From: a virus | Lineage: Duplodnaviria; Caudoviricetes | Length of the DNA stretch: 36,905 nt | Virus record (IMG/VR): IMGVR_UViG_3300043756_000029 | Location: 1-36,905 of that record | Direction: 5' to 3' (one strand) | In this document: piece by piece, positions 6,958-14,022 of the stretch | How positions within the stretch are numbered: position 1 is the first letter of the stretch | Layout of the letters: each line of letters begins with the position of its first letter | Program-made: the position numbers and the translations under genes | Notes under the pieces: generated by a model | The model's input: the letters and a program-made list of their open reading frames with translations, nothing else | Databases searched by the model: none | Told to the model about the DNA's origin: nothing

Positions 6958-7639
6958 CGTCACGCGCCCCGAAACCGCGCGCACCGTCGGCACCGAACTC
7001 GAAACGACCGTGCACGCCCTGGTGCTGCGTCTGCGCGCGACCACGATCTCCGACGCGGCGGCGTGTGAACAGGCCGTGATCGACCGGCAGCAGCTGGCCG
7101 ACGCGATCAAGCGGGTGACCGACTTTTTCGCGCCGTTCAAGGAAATGGCGCACCGGTTACACAAGGCGCTGTGCGACCGTGAACGCGACATTCTCGAGCC
7201 GGCCCGCAAGCTATACGCCGACAAGGCGCTCGCGATCAGTCTGTATAAACAGTTCGAAGACGACCAACGGCAGCAGCGCGAACGCGAGGAACAACAGCGC
7301 CGGCAGCGCGAACACGACGCCCGCGTCGCCGCCGAAGCGGCGGCGCTGGAACAGGCCGGGCATCGCGAACTGGCGGCCGCCGTCGTCGATGAAGCGATCC
7401 AGGCGGCCCCGCCGGTCGTCGTGCTGCCCGACGTCACGAAGACGATCCCCGGCCTGCGGTTCGTGCGGCGCTATCACTGGCGCTACGTGCACGACGATCC
7501 GGTCGAAGCGATGAAACTGATCCCGCGCCAGTGGCTGATCCCCGACGAGAAAAAGATCGGGCAGTACGCGCGGGCGATGAAAGGGGCCGGCGCGATCGCC
7601 GGCATTGAGTTCTATTCCGTTGACGATCCTATTAGGTAA
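6935..7639 (+). CDS. Coiled-coil phage protein with a Gp157-like C-terminus
   Basis: Long helical region, then 'IPRQWLIPDEKKIGQYA..AIAGIEFY'; SD AAGGAG. Confidence 0.65.
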   Translation: MPSLPVLDVTRPETARTVGTELETTVHALVLRLRATTISDAAACEQAVIDRQQLADAIKRVTDFFAPFKEMAHRLHKALCDRERDILEPARKLYADKALAISLYKQFEDDQRQQREREEQQRRQREHDARVAAEAAALEQAGHRELAAAVVDEAIQAAPPVVVLPDVTKTIPGLRFVRRYHWRYVHDDPVEAMKLIPRQWLIPDEKKIGQYARAMKGAGAIAGIEFYSVDDPIR

Positions 7640-7649
7640 GGGCGGCGTC

Positions 7650-7979
7650 GTGCACGGCTTGTTCTGGTGGATCGACCGATGGCGGCGCAGTAGTGCCTAC
7701 GTGGAAATGTCACTGGAGGAACAAGGCGCGTACCACAACCTGCTCGACGAAGCGTGGCTGCGCGGCGGCGGCATTCCGAACGATCCGAACGTGCTGGCGA
7801 AAGCCTGCGGCGACCCGCGCGCGTGGCGACGCGTGCGGCATACGGTGATGCGGAAATTTCGGCTCGTCGACGGCCAGTGGCACAACCGAACGCTCGACGA
7901 AGTGCTGCACCAGTCGGCCCGGCGCGCGAAAAATCAACAGGCGTATCGGGCGCGCCGGAAGGGTAACGGGCATGCGTGA
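7650..7979 (+). CDS. YdaU/DUF1376-family winged-helix replication-initiator N-domain (stand-alone, 109 aa)
   Basis: 'MSLEEQGAYHNLLDEAW..GGIPNDPNVLAK...W..VR..V..KF...GQWHN.TL'. Confidence 0.8.
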   Translation: MHGLFWWIDRWRRSSAYVEMSLEEQGAYHNLLDEAWLRGGGIPNDPNVLAKACGDPRAWRRVRHTVMRKFRLVDGQWHNRTLDEVLHQSARRAKNQQAYRARRKGNGHA

Positions 7980-8178
7980 CGACTTAAAACCGGGCGACCA
8001 GGTGACGTGGCATCGGCGGATCCCGCAAGGCTACGGCGACGGCGGCGACGTGCCGGCGGTCGTGGTCGCGGTCGGCCGCCTGCGCGTGACGATCGACGCG
8101 GCGCTGCGATCGGGCGGCTGGAAGCGCACCAGCGTTGCGCCCGACAACCTGACGCCGCGCACGGAGTCGAAACCATGA
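7972..8178 (+). CDS. Small SH3/KOW-like hypothetical protein
   Basis: 'LKPGDQVTW...PAVVVAVG..RVTI...VAPDNL' beta-barrel pattern. Confidence 0.65.
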   Translation: MRDDLKPGDQVTWHRRIPQGYGDGGDVPAVVVAVGRLRVTIDAALRSGGWKRTSVAPDNLTPRTESKP

Positions 8179-8633
8179 CCCGTAAGTACGCCGAAGACAC
8201 GGCCGTGCCGATCGCCCGTACGCGCGAACATTTGGAGGCGCTGCTGCGGCGGCGCGGCTGCGAAGGGTTCGCGTACGGCTGGACGGGCGCGCAGGATCGG
8301 GTCGAGTTCGTGTGGAACCGTCGCCGGATCCGGTTCACGCTGCCGCGTCCGAAGCGCGACGATCTGGCGCTGACCGCGACCGGGCTGGCGCGCAGTGACC
8401 GCGCGATCGACATCGCGATCGCGAACGAAGACCGACGGCGCTGGCGCGGGCTGCTGCTGGTCGTGCGCGCGAAGCTGGAAGCCGTCGAAGCCGGGATCAC
8501 GACGTTCGAATCCGAATTCCTCGCGCATATCGTGATGCCGAACGATCAGACGATCGGCGACATCCTGGTGCCGCAGCTGGGCGACGGCACGATCGCAAAA
8601 CGCCTGCTGCCGGCGCGGGAGCAACCCCAGTGA
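8175..8633 (+). CDS. Conserved phage hypothetical protein
   Basis: 'YAEDT.VP..RTR..LE.LL', 'RRRWR.LLLVVRAKLEAVE.GI.TFE.EFLAHIVMP'; ATGA overlap, SD GGAG. Confidence 0.75.
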   Translation: MTRKYAEDTAVPIARTREHLEALLRRRGCEGFAYGWTGAQDRVEFVWNRRRIRFTLPRPKRDDLALTATGLARSDRAIDIAIANEDRRRWRGLLLVVRAKLEAVEAGITTFESEFLAHIVMPNDQTIGDILVPQLGDGTIAKRLLPAREQPQ

Positions 8634-8634
8634 C

Positions 8635-8761
8635 CGATAACGCACCCGATAACGCACCCGATAACGGAGGCGATAACGATCCCGATAACGATCCCGATAA
8701 CGATCCCGATAACGATCCCGATAACGATCCCGATAACGGGGCGGTCACTTTGCCGATAACG
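8635..8761 (+). repeat. Iteron-like array: nine 12-bp-period copies of CGATAACG plus a tenth
   Basis: CGATAACG at 8635, 8647, 8659, 8671, 8683, 8695, 8707, 8719, 8731 and 8754. Confidence 0.95.
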
Positions 8762-8830
8762 AAGCCGCTTCTCCGGATCTAGTACTAACTAGCTAATTAG
8801 CTAAGTCTGATCTTCGTAGCATTCGGTACG
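8635..8830. other. Putative replication origin (iterons plus AT-rich unwinding element)
   Basis: Array followed by AT-rich palindromes TAGTACTA (8780-8787) and TAGCTAATTAGCTA (8790-8803) in a GC-rich genome. Confidence 0.7.
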
Positions 8831-9109
8831 GTGTCTATTGTGAGAATTAGAACCTGCGCTGCGCGCATTTCGCCGAAAAAGACCGAAGAAAAAAAGGCGC
8901 AGGCCCGCCTCGTCGCCCGCCTGATCCGCGACGCGATCCTGCGCGACGATTTCGAATCATTGGCCGACCTGACCGACGTCGTGAAGCATCGCTGCGCGCA
9001 GCTGGGGATCCGGGTGACCGCCGACGACTTCACGATCGCGTACCGATGGTTGGACACCAATTGCCGCCTACTGACGAGGGGCCGATGGGCAAAGCACGCA
9101 CGCGCCTGA
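8831..9109 (+). CDS. Helical hypothetical protein; possibly a detached C-terminal domain of the initiator
   Basis: ORF directly after the origin; start uncertain, no clear SD. Confidence 0.5.
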   Translation: MSIVRIRTCAARISPKKTEEKKAQARLVARLIRDAILRDDFESLADLTDVVKHRCAQLGIRVTADDFTIAYRWLDTNCRLLTRGRWAKHARA

Positions 9110-9360
9110 TCTGGCAAGACACGAAACGCGTGGCGACCTGCCGGCGCTGCCGCGTGCGTATCGTCTGGGCGACCGATCTGGAAAAAGGGCACGTCGCCTA
9201 TTCGTTTCCGCTGATCGTCGTCGAGAAACAGCCGCAGCTGTTCGACACGCGCGTCGTTGAATACGTCGACGTCGGCCGGTCACCACTGCACGACGATCGG
9301 TGCATCAAACTGAAAAAGAACCGGGTGATCACGGGCAAGGTGGCGCGACATGGCGTTTAA
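9085..9360 (+). CDS. Putative Zn-ribbon protein (CRRC...H...C)
   Basis: SD GAGGGG before ATG 9085; 'CRRCRVRIVWA...PLHDDRC'. Confidence 0.65.
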   Translation: MGKARTRLIWQDTKRVATCRRCRVRIVWATDLEKGHVAYSFPLIVVEKQPQLFDTRVVEYVDVGRSPLHDDRCIKLKKNRVITGKVARHGV

Positions 9361-9556
9361 TCGCGGCGTCGACGACGACGACCTGCTGACCCCGGAACAA
9401 GCGGCGCGACGCCTGGGCATTTCCGCCGGCACGCTGCGGCACTGGGTCTCGCAGAAACGGATCGAATACGTGCGCATGGGCCGCCTGACGCGCTTTCGGC
9501 CCGACCAGCTGCAGCGGCATATCGACCGATCCGTGCAACGGGAGATCAAGCGATGA
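9350..9556 (+). CDS. Xis/HTH_17 (MerR-like) DNA-binding protein
   Basis: 'LLTPEQAARRLGISAGTLRHWVSQKRIEYVRMGRLTRFRPDQL'. Confidence 0.85.
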   Translation: MAFNRGVDDDDLLTPEQAARRLGISAGTLRHWVSQKRIEYVRMGRLTRFRPDQLQRHIDRSVQREIKR

Positions 9557-9750
9557 ACCAACCGCAAACTTTTGATCCGTTCAAACTGGCGGGCGACTTG
9601 GCGCGCTTCGCCGAATCATTTCCGAAACTGATCGACGCGATCGACCGCATGATCGAGTCGCATCGGCGACTAATGGCGTCGCAGGATCGCCTGTTGGACG
9701 CGTTGATCGACGCGCTGCGCGATCATCTGCCGGCGCGTGACGTGCACTGA
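9553..9750 (+). CDS. Small coiled-coil hypothetical protein
   Basis: Overlapping start/stop at both ends; SD GGGAG. Confidence 0.65.
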   Translation: MNQPQTFDPFKLAGDLARFAESFPKLIDAIDRMIESHRRLMASQDRLLDALIDALRDHLPARDVH

Positions 9751-10121
9751 TGCCGACCGCCCCGCTGCATGCGTGTGGCATGCACGGCTGCGCGGCCCTG
9801 GTGCCGCGAGGGCAGACCCATTGCCCGGTGCACCGTGTGCCGCAGCGGCGTACGTCGACACAACGCGGCTACGGGTACGCGAGCGGCTGGCACACCCGCG
9901 CGGCGCTGTTTCGCGTGCGCTACCCGCTGTGCGGGATGCGCCCCGGTGGACGCCCGCCCGTGATGAGTGAGTGTTATCGACACGGCGACTACACGCCGGC
10001 CACGCAGGTTGATCACGTCGTGCCGCATCGCGGATCGACGGCGCTGTTCTGGGATGAAGAGCACAACTGGCAGGCGCTGTGCGCGGCCTGCCACGCCCGC
10101 AAGACGGCGGCTGGATTGTGA
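9750..10121 (+). CDS. Terminase-associated HNH endonuclease (HK97 gp74-like)
   Basis: 'RGY...W...PLC...ATQVDHVVPHRG...LFWD..NWQALCAACHARKT'. Confidence 0.9.
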   Translation: MPTAPLHACGMHGCAALVPRGQTHCPVHRVPQRRTSTQRGYGYASGWHTRAALFRVRYPLCGMRPGGRPPVMSECYRHGDYTPATQVDHVVPHRGSTALFWDEEHNWQALCAACHARKTAAGL

Positions 10122-10131
10122 AGGGGGAACA

Positions 10132-10335
10132 ATGGCGAAGTTAACTGCTGCCCGACGGTCGAACCTGCCCGCCACGTCGTTCGCCTTGCCCGGTCGGCGC
10201 TATCCGATCGACACGCGTGCCCGTGGCGCGAATGCCCTGGCGCGCGTCAGTCAGCACGGCACCCCCAGTGAACAAAGCCGGGTGCATGCAGCGGTGTGTC
10301 GCCGGTATCGCGATATGCCGTCGTGCAAACGGTGA
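10132..10335 (+). CDS. Small basic conserved phage protein (DUF6582-like)
   Basis: 'LT..RR..LP...FALPGRRYPID....NALARVSQ'; SD AGGGGG. Confidence 0.7.
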   Translation: MAKLTAARRSNLPATSFALPGRRYPIDTRARGANALARVSQHGTPSEQSRVHAAVCRRYRDMPSCKR

Positions 10336-10339
10336 ACGC

Positions 10340-10525
10340 ATGCCACGCACGTCGTTCGATGAACTGCACGAACAGGCGAAACAAACAGTCGCGAAGATCA
10401 AGGGCAAGGCCGATGCCGATGCCGCGATCGAGATCCTGCGCGTGCTGATGCAGGTACGACAACATGCGAGTCAGGAAACCTACGACGCGATCGAAAACAA
10501 ACTACTGCACCAGGGGCACCAGTGA
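10340..10525 (+). CDS. Hypothetical protein
   Basis: Helical 61-aa ORF filling the operon. Confidence 0.55.
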   Translation: MPRTSFDELHEQAKQTVAKIKGKADADAAIEILRVLMQVRQHASQETYDAIENKLLHQGHQ

Positions 10526-10731
10526 AAGGGCACTACCTGAAACACACGCCCGGTCTGCGGTGCCACTTCGGGATCCCGTGGCGTGATCACTTTGCGATCC
10601 CGATCGGATCGGGCAAAGGGTGCCTGTTCTGCGACAGCGAGGATCCCGTGGCGCTGGTGAACGACGCGCACACAAACAGCAACGAAAAGCAACAAAAAAC
10701 CAGTGAATCGAAACAACAGGCAAAAACCTAG
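10522..10731 (+). CDS. Hypothetical protein
   Basis: GTGA overlap; CxxC motif; A-rich 3' end. Confidence 0.45.
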   Translation: MKGHYLKHTPGLRCHFGIPWRDHFAIPIGSGKGCLFCDSEDPVALVNDAHTNSNEKQQKTSESKQQAKT

Positions 10732-10832
10732 CGGATCCGGGGGGCAGTCGCGAGTCGGCGCGCAAGGAGTCGGCGAACCCGTCCCGGCCGCCGCGCGCGT
10801 TCTGCCGGATTTCGGCGATTTCAGGCGGTGAT
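10732..10832. other. Candidate cos region
   Basis: Only non-coding gap between HNH and P27-type terS, starting with a G-run; position typical of HK97-like cos phages; exact nick sites not identifiable. Confidence 0.5.
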
Positions 10833-11309
10833 ATGGGCAACTGGAACAGCGGCCGCCGGCCGCGTCCGACGGCGATGAAAATTCTACGCGGCACGCAGCG
10901 GCGCGATCGGCTGAATCCCGACGAACCGAAACCCGCGCCGGCCGACTTCGACGCGGTGCCGGCCGAACTGGCGAAGGATCGCGAAGCGGCGCGCGAATGG
11001 GCGCGCGTCGTGCCACTGCTGCGGGCCTGCGGGATCATCAGTCGCGTGGAACGATCGGCGCTGCTGGCGCTGTGCGAGCAGTGGTCGCAGTACGTGAAGG
11101 CGACGCAGTCGGTGCGCAAACACGGCCTGCTGCTGCAGCACGCCGGGATCCCGACCGTCAACCCGGCGGTGCGCGTCGCGCGGCATGCGCTGCAGCAATG
11201 TCAACGGCTGTGGGGCGAATTGGGCATGACGCCGGCCGCGCGCGCGAAGCTGACCACGTTGCAGCCGGATGACGCGCCGGTCGCGTCGAAGTGGGCGAAT
11301 GATCTGTGA
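10833..11309 (+). CDS. terS: Terminase small subunit, P27 family
   Basis: 'GRRPRPTA.K.LRG', 'A.REW.RV.P.L', 'L..LC..W', 'NPA', 'ELGMTPAARAKL'. Confidence 0.92.
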   Translation: MGNWNSGRRPRPTAMKILRGTQRRDRLNPDEPKPAPADFDAVPAELAKDREAAREWARVVPLLRACGIISRVERSALLALCEQWSQYVKATQSVRKHGLLLQHAGIPTVNPAVRVARHALQQCQRLWGELGMTPAARAKLTTLQPDDAPVASKWANDL

Positions 11310-11575
11310 GGCGTCTGCGGCCGTTCGTGTCGTTGACGTTCGCGCTGCCAGTCGCGACTGACGGCGTGACGCGGCGGCAGGAGCAGGCGAACTGTCGCGC
11401 CGGCCGGCACGTGCTGGTCTACGGGCGCGTGTGGTCGGGGCCGGGCTACGTGAACCGCGAGGTCGTGTGTTCGGCGTGCGCGCTGATCGTCGTGCAAGAA
11501 AGCTGGCGGCGCGACGCCTGGGCGAAGTACGGGAGCCGGCTGACGGTGCCGAAAGGGGCGCGGGATGATGCGTGA
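11306..11575 (+). CDS. Hypothetical protein with a C..H..CxxC cluster
   Basis: GTGA overlap with terS; 'CRAGRH...CSAC'. Confidence 0.55.
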   Translation: MRRLRPFVSLTFALPVATDGVTRRQEQANCRAGRHVLVYGRVWSGPGYVNREVVCSACALIVVQESWRRDAWAKYGSRLTVPKGARDDA

Positions 11576-11984
11576 ACTGACACTGCTCGACCGGGCGCTG
11601 CTGGCGCTGGCGATCTGGCGCGAAGCGCGCGGCGAATCCGATACGGGCATGTTGCTGGTCGGGCTGGTGATCCTGAATCGCGCGAACGACGTACGCCGCC
11701 GCTGGCCGCGCAACGTCGCCGACGTCGTGCTGCAGCCGAAACAGTTCTCGGCGTTCAACGCCGACGACCCGAACGCGGTGCTCTGGCCGCGCGACGGCGA
11801 CGACAGCTGGGCGCGCGCGCAGCGGGCGGCCGACGACGCCGTGTCGATCGTCGAACGCAGCGCGCAGGCGCATCCCGGTCACCGCGCGAATCACTACCAC
11901 GCGACGTCGATCGCCCGGCCGGCCTGGGCGGTCGCGACCGAACCGGTGCACGTCGAGCAACGCCACGCGTTTTACGAACTGTAG
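11565..11984 (+). CDS. SleB/Hydrolase_2-family cell-wall hydrolase (lytic transglycosylase)
   Basis: 'LALAIWREARGE..G..LVG.VILNR...WP..V..VV.QP.QFSAFN...ANHYHA....P.WA.....H.FY'. Confidence 0.88.
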   Translation: MMRELTLLDRALLALAIWREARGESDTGMLLVGLVILNRANDVRRRWPRNVADVVLQPKQFSAFNADDPNAVLWPRDGDDSWARAQRAADDAVSIVERSAQAHPGHRANHYHATSIARPAWAVATEPVHVEQRHAFYEL

Positions 11985-11999
11985 ACAGGGGGTGCACGC

Positions 12000-12290
12000 A
12001 TGCTGATCGAACTCCAGCGCGTCGACGGGCAGCTGCAGGTACACGTCGACGGCGCGCTCTTGTCGCCCGCGCCGTCGCAGCAACTGTTCAACCATTCGCG
12101 CGGCTTCGACTGCGGGTACCGGGGATCCGGCCCCGCGCAGCTGGCGCTCGCGTTGCTGCTGGCGGCCGGCGTCGACGGGCCGACGGCCGTGCGGCTGCAC
12201 CAGCTGTTCAAGGAGGAACTCGTCACCGAGTGGGATCCGCCGATGCTGATCGACTATGACGTCGCCGGCTGGGCGCTGGCGATGCGCTGA
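12000..12290 (+). CDS. DUF6166-like protein
   Basis: 'NHS.GF..GY.GSGPAQLALALL...A.RLHQ.FK'; SD AGGGGG. Confidence 0.7.
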   Translation: MLIELQRVDGQLQVHVDGALLSPAPSQQLFNHSRGFDCGYRGSGPAQLALALLLAAGVDGPTAVRLHQLFKEELVTEWDPPMLIDYDVAGWALAMR

Positions 12291-12398
12291 CGCAAAACGG
12301 CGCGGGATGCGACAGGGAGCACCCCGCGCCGGCTGTGGGGTCGGCGCGGCGCGTCGCCAGTGACGACGACGCCCGGCCGGGCCGGAGGATAACACACC

Positions 12399-13931
12399 GT
12401 GCCGGAGTCGATGGCCGATCGCAAGGTGCGCCTGATCAACCAGCTGACGCACACGAAGGGGCCGTTCGCCGGCCAGCCGTTCACGCTGCGCCCGTGGCAA
12501 GAGCACGACATCGTGCGGCCGCTGTTCACGACCGACGCGCGCGGCCGCCGTCGGTATCGGACGTGTCTGCTGATGATGCCCCGGAAAAACGGCAAGACGG
12601 AACTCGCGGCGGCGCTGGCGATCGACGGCCTGCTGTTCGATCGCGAAATGGGCGGCGAAATTTACAGCGCGGCGGCCGACAAGGATCAGGCGTCGCTGGT
12701 GTTCAACGTCGCCGCCCAGATGCTGCGCAACGACGACGACCTGTACGCGCTGGTCGAGATCAACGACAGTCAGCGCCGCATCGTACATCGCAAGTCGGGC
12801 AGTTTCTACCGCGCGATCAGTTCGGAGGCGTATTCGAAACACGGGTTCAACGCGTCGCGGGTGATTTACGACGAACTGCACGCGGCCCCCAGTCGCGATC
12901 TGTGGGACGTGCTGACGACGTCGACCGGCGCGCGCGATCAGCCGCTGATGATCGCGATCAGTACCGCCGGCTACGATCGCCATTCGATTCTCTGGGAACT
13001 GTACCAGCACGCGAAAAAAGTCAGGGAAACGCCCGATCTCGATCCGTCGTTTCTGCCGATCCTGTACGAAGCGCCGAACGACGCCGACTGGACCGACGAG
13101 CGCGTGTGGCACGCGGCGAACCCGGCGCTCGGCGACTTTCGATCGCTGGAAGAGATGCGGATCGCGTGCCGGCGCGCGCAGGAGATCCCCGGTCACGAGA
13201 ACACGTTTCGGCGGTTGTACCTGAACCAATGGACCGAACAGGCGGCGCGTTGGATCCAGCTGACGGCCTGGGATGCGTGCCGGGCCGATCGCCCGCCGCT
13301 GGCCGGCCGGCGCTGCTACGTCGGCCTCGACCTGTCGTCGACCGTCGACCTGACCGCGCTCGTCGCCGTGTTTCCGCTGGGCGACGGCGCGTTTTTCGTG
13401 CTGCCGCAGTTTTTCGTGCCGGCCGACCGCATGCGTGAACGCGCGCAGCGCGACCACGTGCCCTATGACGTGTGGGCGACCGAGGGCTATCTGACCGCGA
13501 CGCCGGGCAATGTCGTCGACTACGAAGCCGTGCGCGCGGTGCTGGGTGACTGGGCGACCGCCTACGACGTGCGCGACGTCGCGTTCGATCCGTGGAATGC
13601 GACCGATCTCGTCACGCGGCTGCAGCAGGACGGGTTCACGTGCGTGCCGGTGCGGCAGGGCATGGCGCAGCTGACCGCCCCGACCAAAGCGTTGGAGACG
13701 GCGATCCTGTCGCGCGTGCTGCAGCACGACGGGCACCCGGTACTGCGCTGGAACGTGCAGAACGTCAGCGTCGAAAGCGACGCCGCCGGCAATTTGAAGC
13801 CGTCGAAGAAAGTCTCGACCGAACGGATCGACGGCGTCGTCGCGCTGATCCTGGCGATCGATCGGCTGCAACGCGGCGACGGCACGACGCCGCCCCCCAG
13901 CTATCACCTGTTCGTGTTGGAGGGCCGCTAG
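12399..13931 (+). CDS. terL: Terminase large subunit (HK97/Terminase_1 type)
   Basis: 'LRPWQ', Walker A 'PRKNGKT', Walker B 'IYDELH', 'ISTAG', RNase H 'GLDLSST.DL', 'FDPWNA', 'RIDGVVA'; SD GGAGG. Confidence 0.97.
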   Translation: MPESMADRKVRLINQLTHTKGPFAGQPFTLRPWQEHDIVRPLFTTDARGRRRYRTCLLMMPRKNGKTELAAALAIDGLLFDREMGGEIYSAAADKDQASLVFNVAAQMLRNDDDLYALVEINDSQRRIVHRKSGSFYRAISSEAYSKHGFNASRVIYDELHAAPSRDLWDVLTTSTGARDQPLMIAISTAGYDRHSILWELYQHAKKVRETPDLDPSFLPILYEAPNDADWTDERVWHAANPALGDFRSLEEMRIACRRAQEIPGHENTFRRLYLNQWTEQAARWIQLTAWDACRADRPPLAGRRCYVGLDLSSTVDLTALVAVFPLGDGAFFVLPQFFVPADRMRERAQRDHVPYDVWATEGYLTATPGNVVDYEAVRAVLGDWATAYDVRDVAFDPWNATDLVTRLQQDGFTCVPVRQGMAQLTAPTKALETAILSRVLQHDGHPVLRWNVQNVSVESDAAGNLKPSKKVSTERIDGVVALILAIDRLQRGDGTTPPPSYHLFVLEGR

Positions 13932-13933
13932 AC

Positions 13934-13963
13934 GACGACGATCGTGCACGGTCGTGGACGATG
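13934..13963 (+). repeat. Three degenerate 10-bp tandem units (GACGACGATC, GTGCACGGTC, GTGGACGATG) upstream of the capsid promoter
   Basis: 10-bp periodicity; last unit identical to the attP 10-mer. Confidence 0.6.
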
Positions 13964-13985
13964 CGACCCTAAACTGATTATTCAC

Positions 13986-14015
13986 TTGCCGTTCCGGCGA
14001 TCTCGATCGTATGGT
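13986..14015 (+). promoter_or_regulatory. Late (head) promoter, probably giving a leaderless mRNA
   Basis: TTGCCG (13986-13991) - 18 bp - TATGGT (14010-14015); GTG 14023 lies 7 nt downstream. Confidence 0.55.
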
Positions 14016-14022
14016 CGGGGTC

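Noticed and set aside
8497-8748. Minus-strand (LSGS)n ORF
   Set aside because: Antisense translation of the iteron array
8635-8761. Repeat array as a CRISPR mini-array
   Set aside because: 12-bp tandem period with only 4 variable bases and no spacer-length unique sequences; no cas genes (the nuclease at 4714 is in a recombination context and lacks Cas4 Fe-S cysteines)
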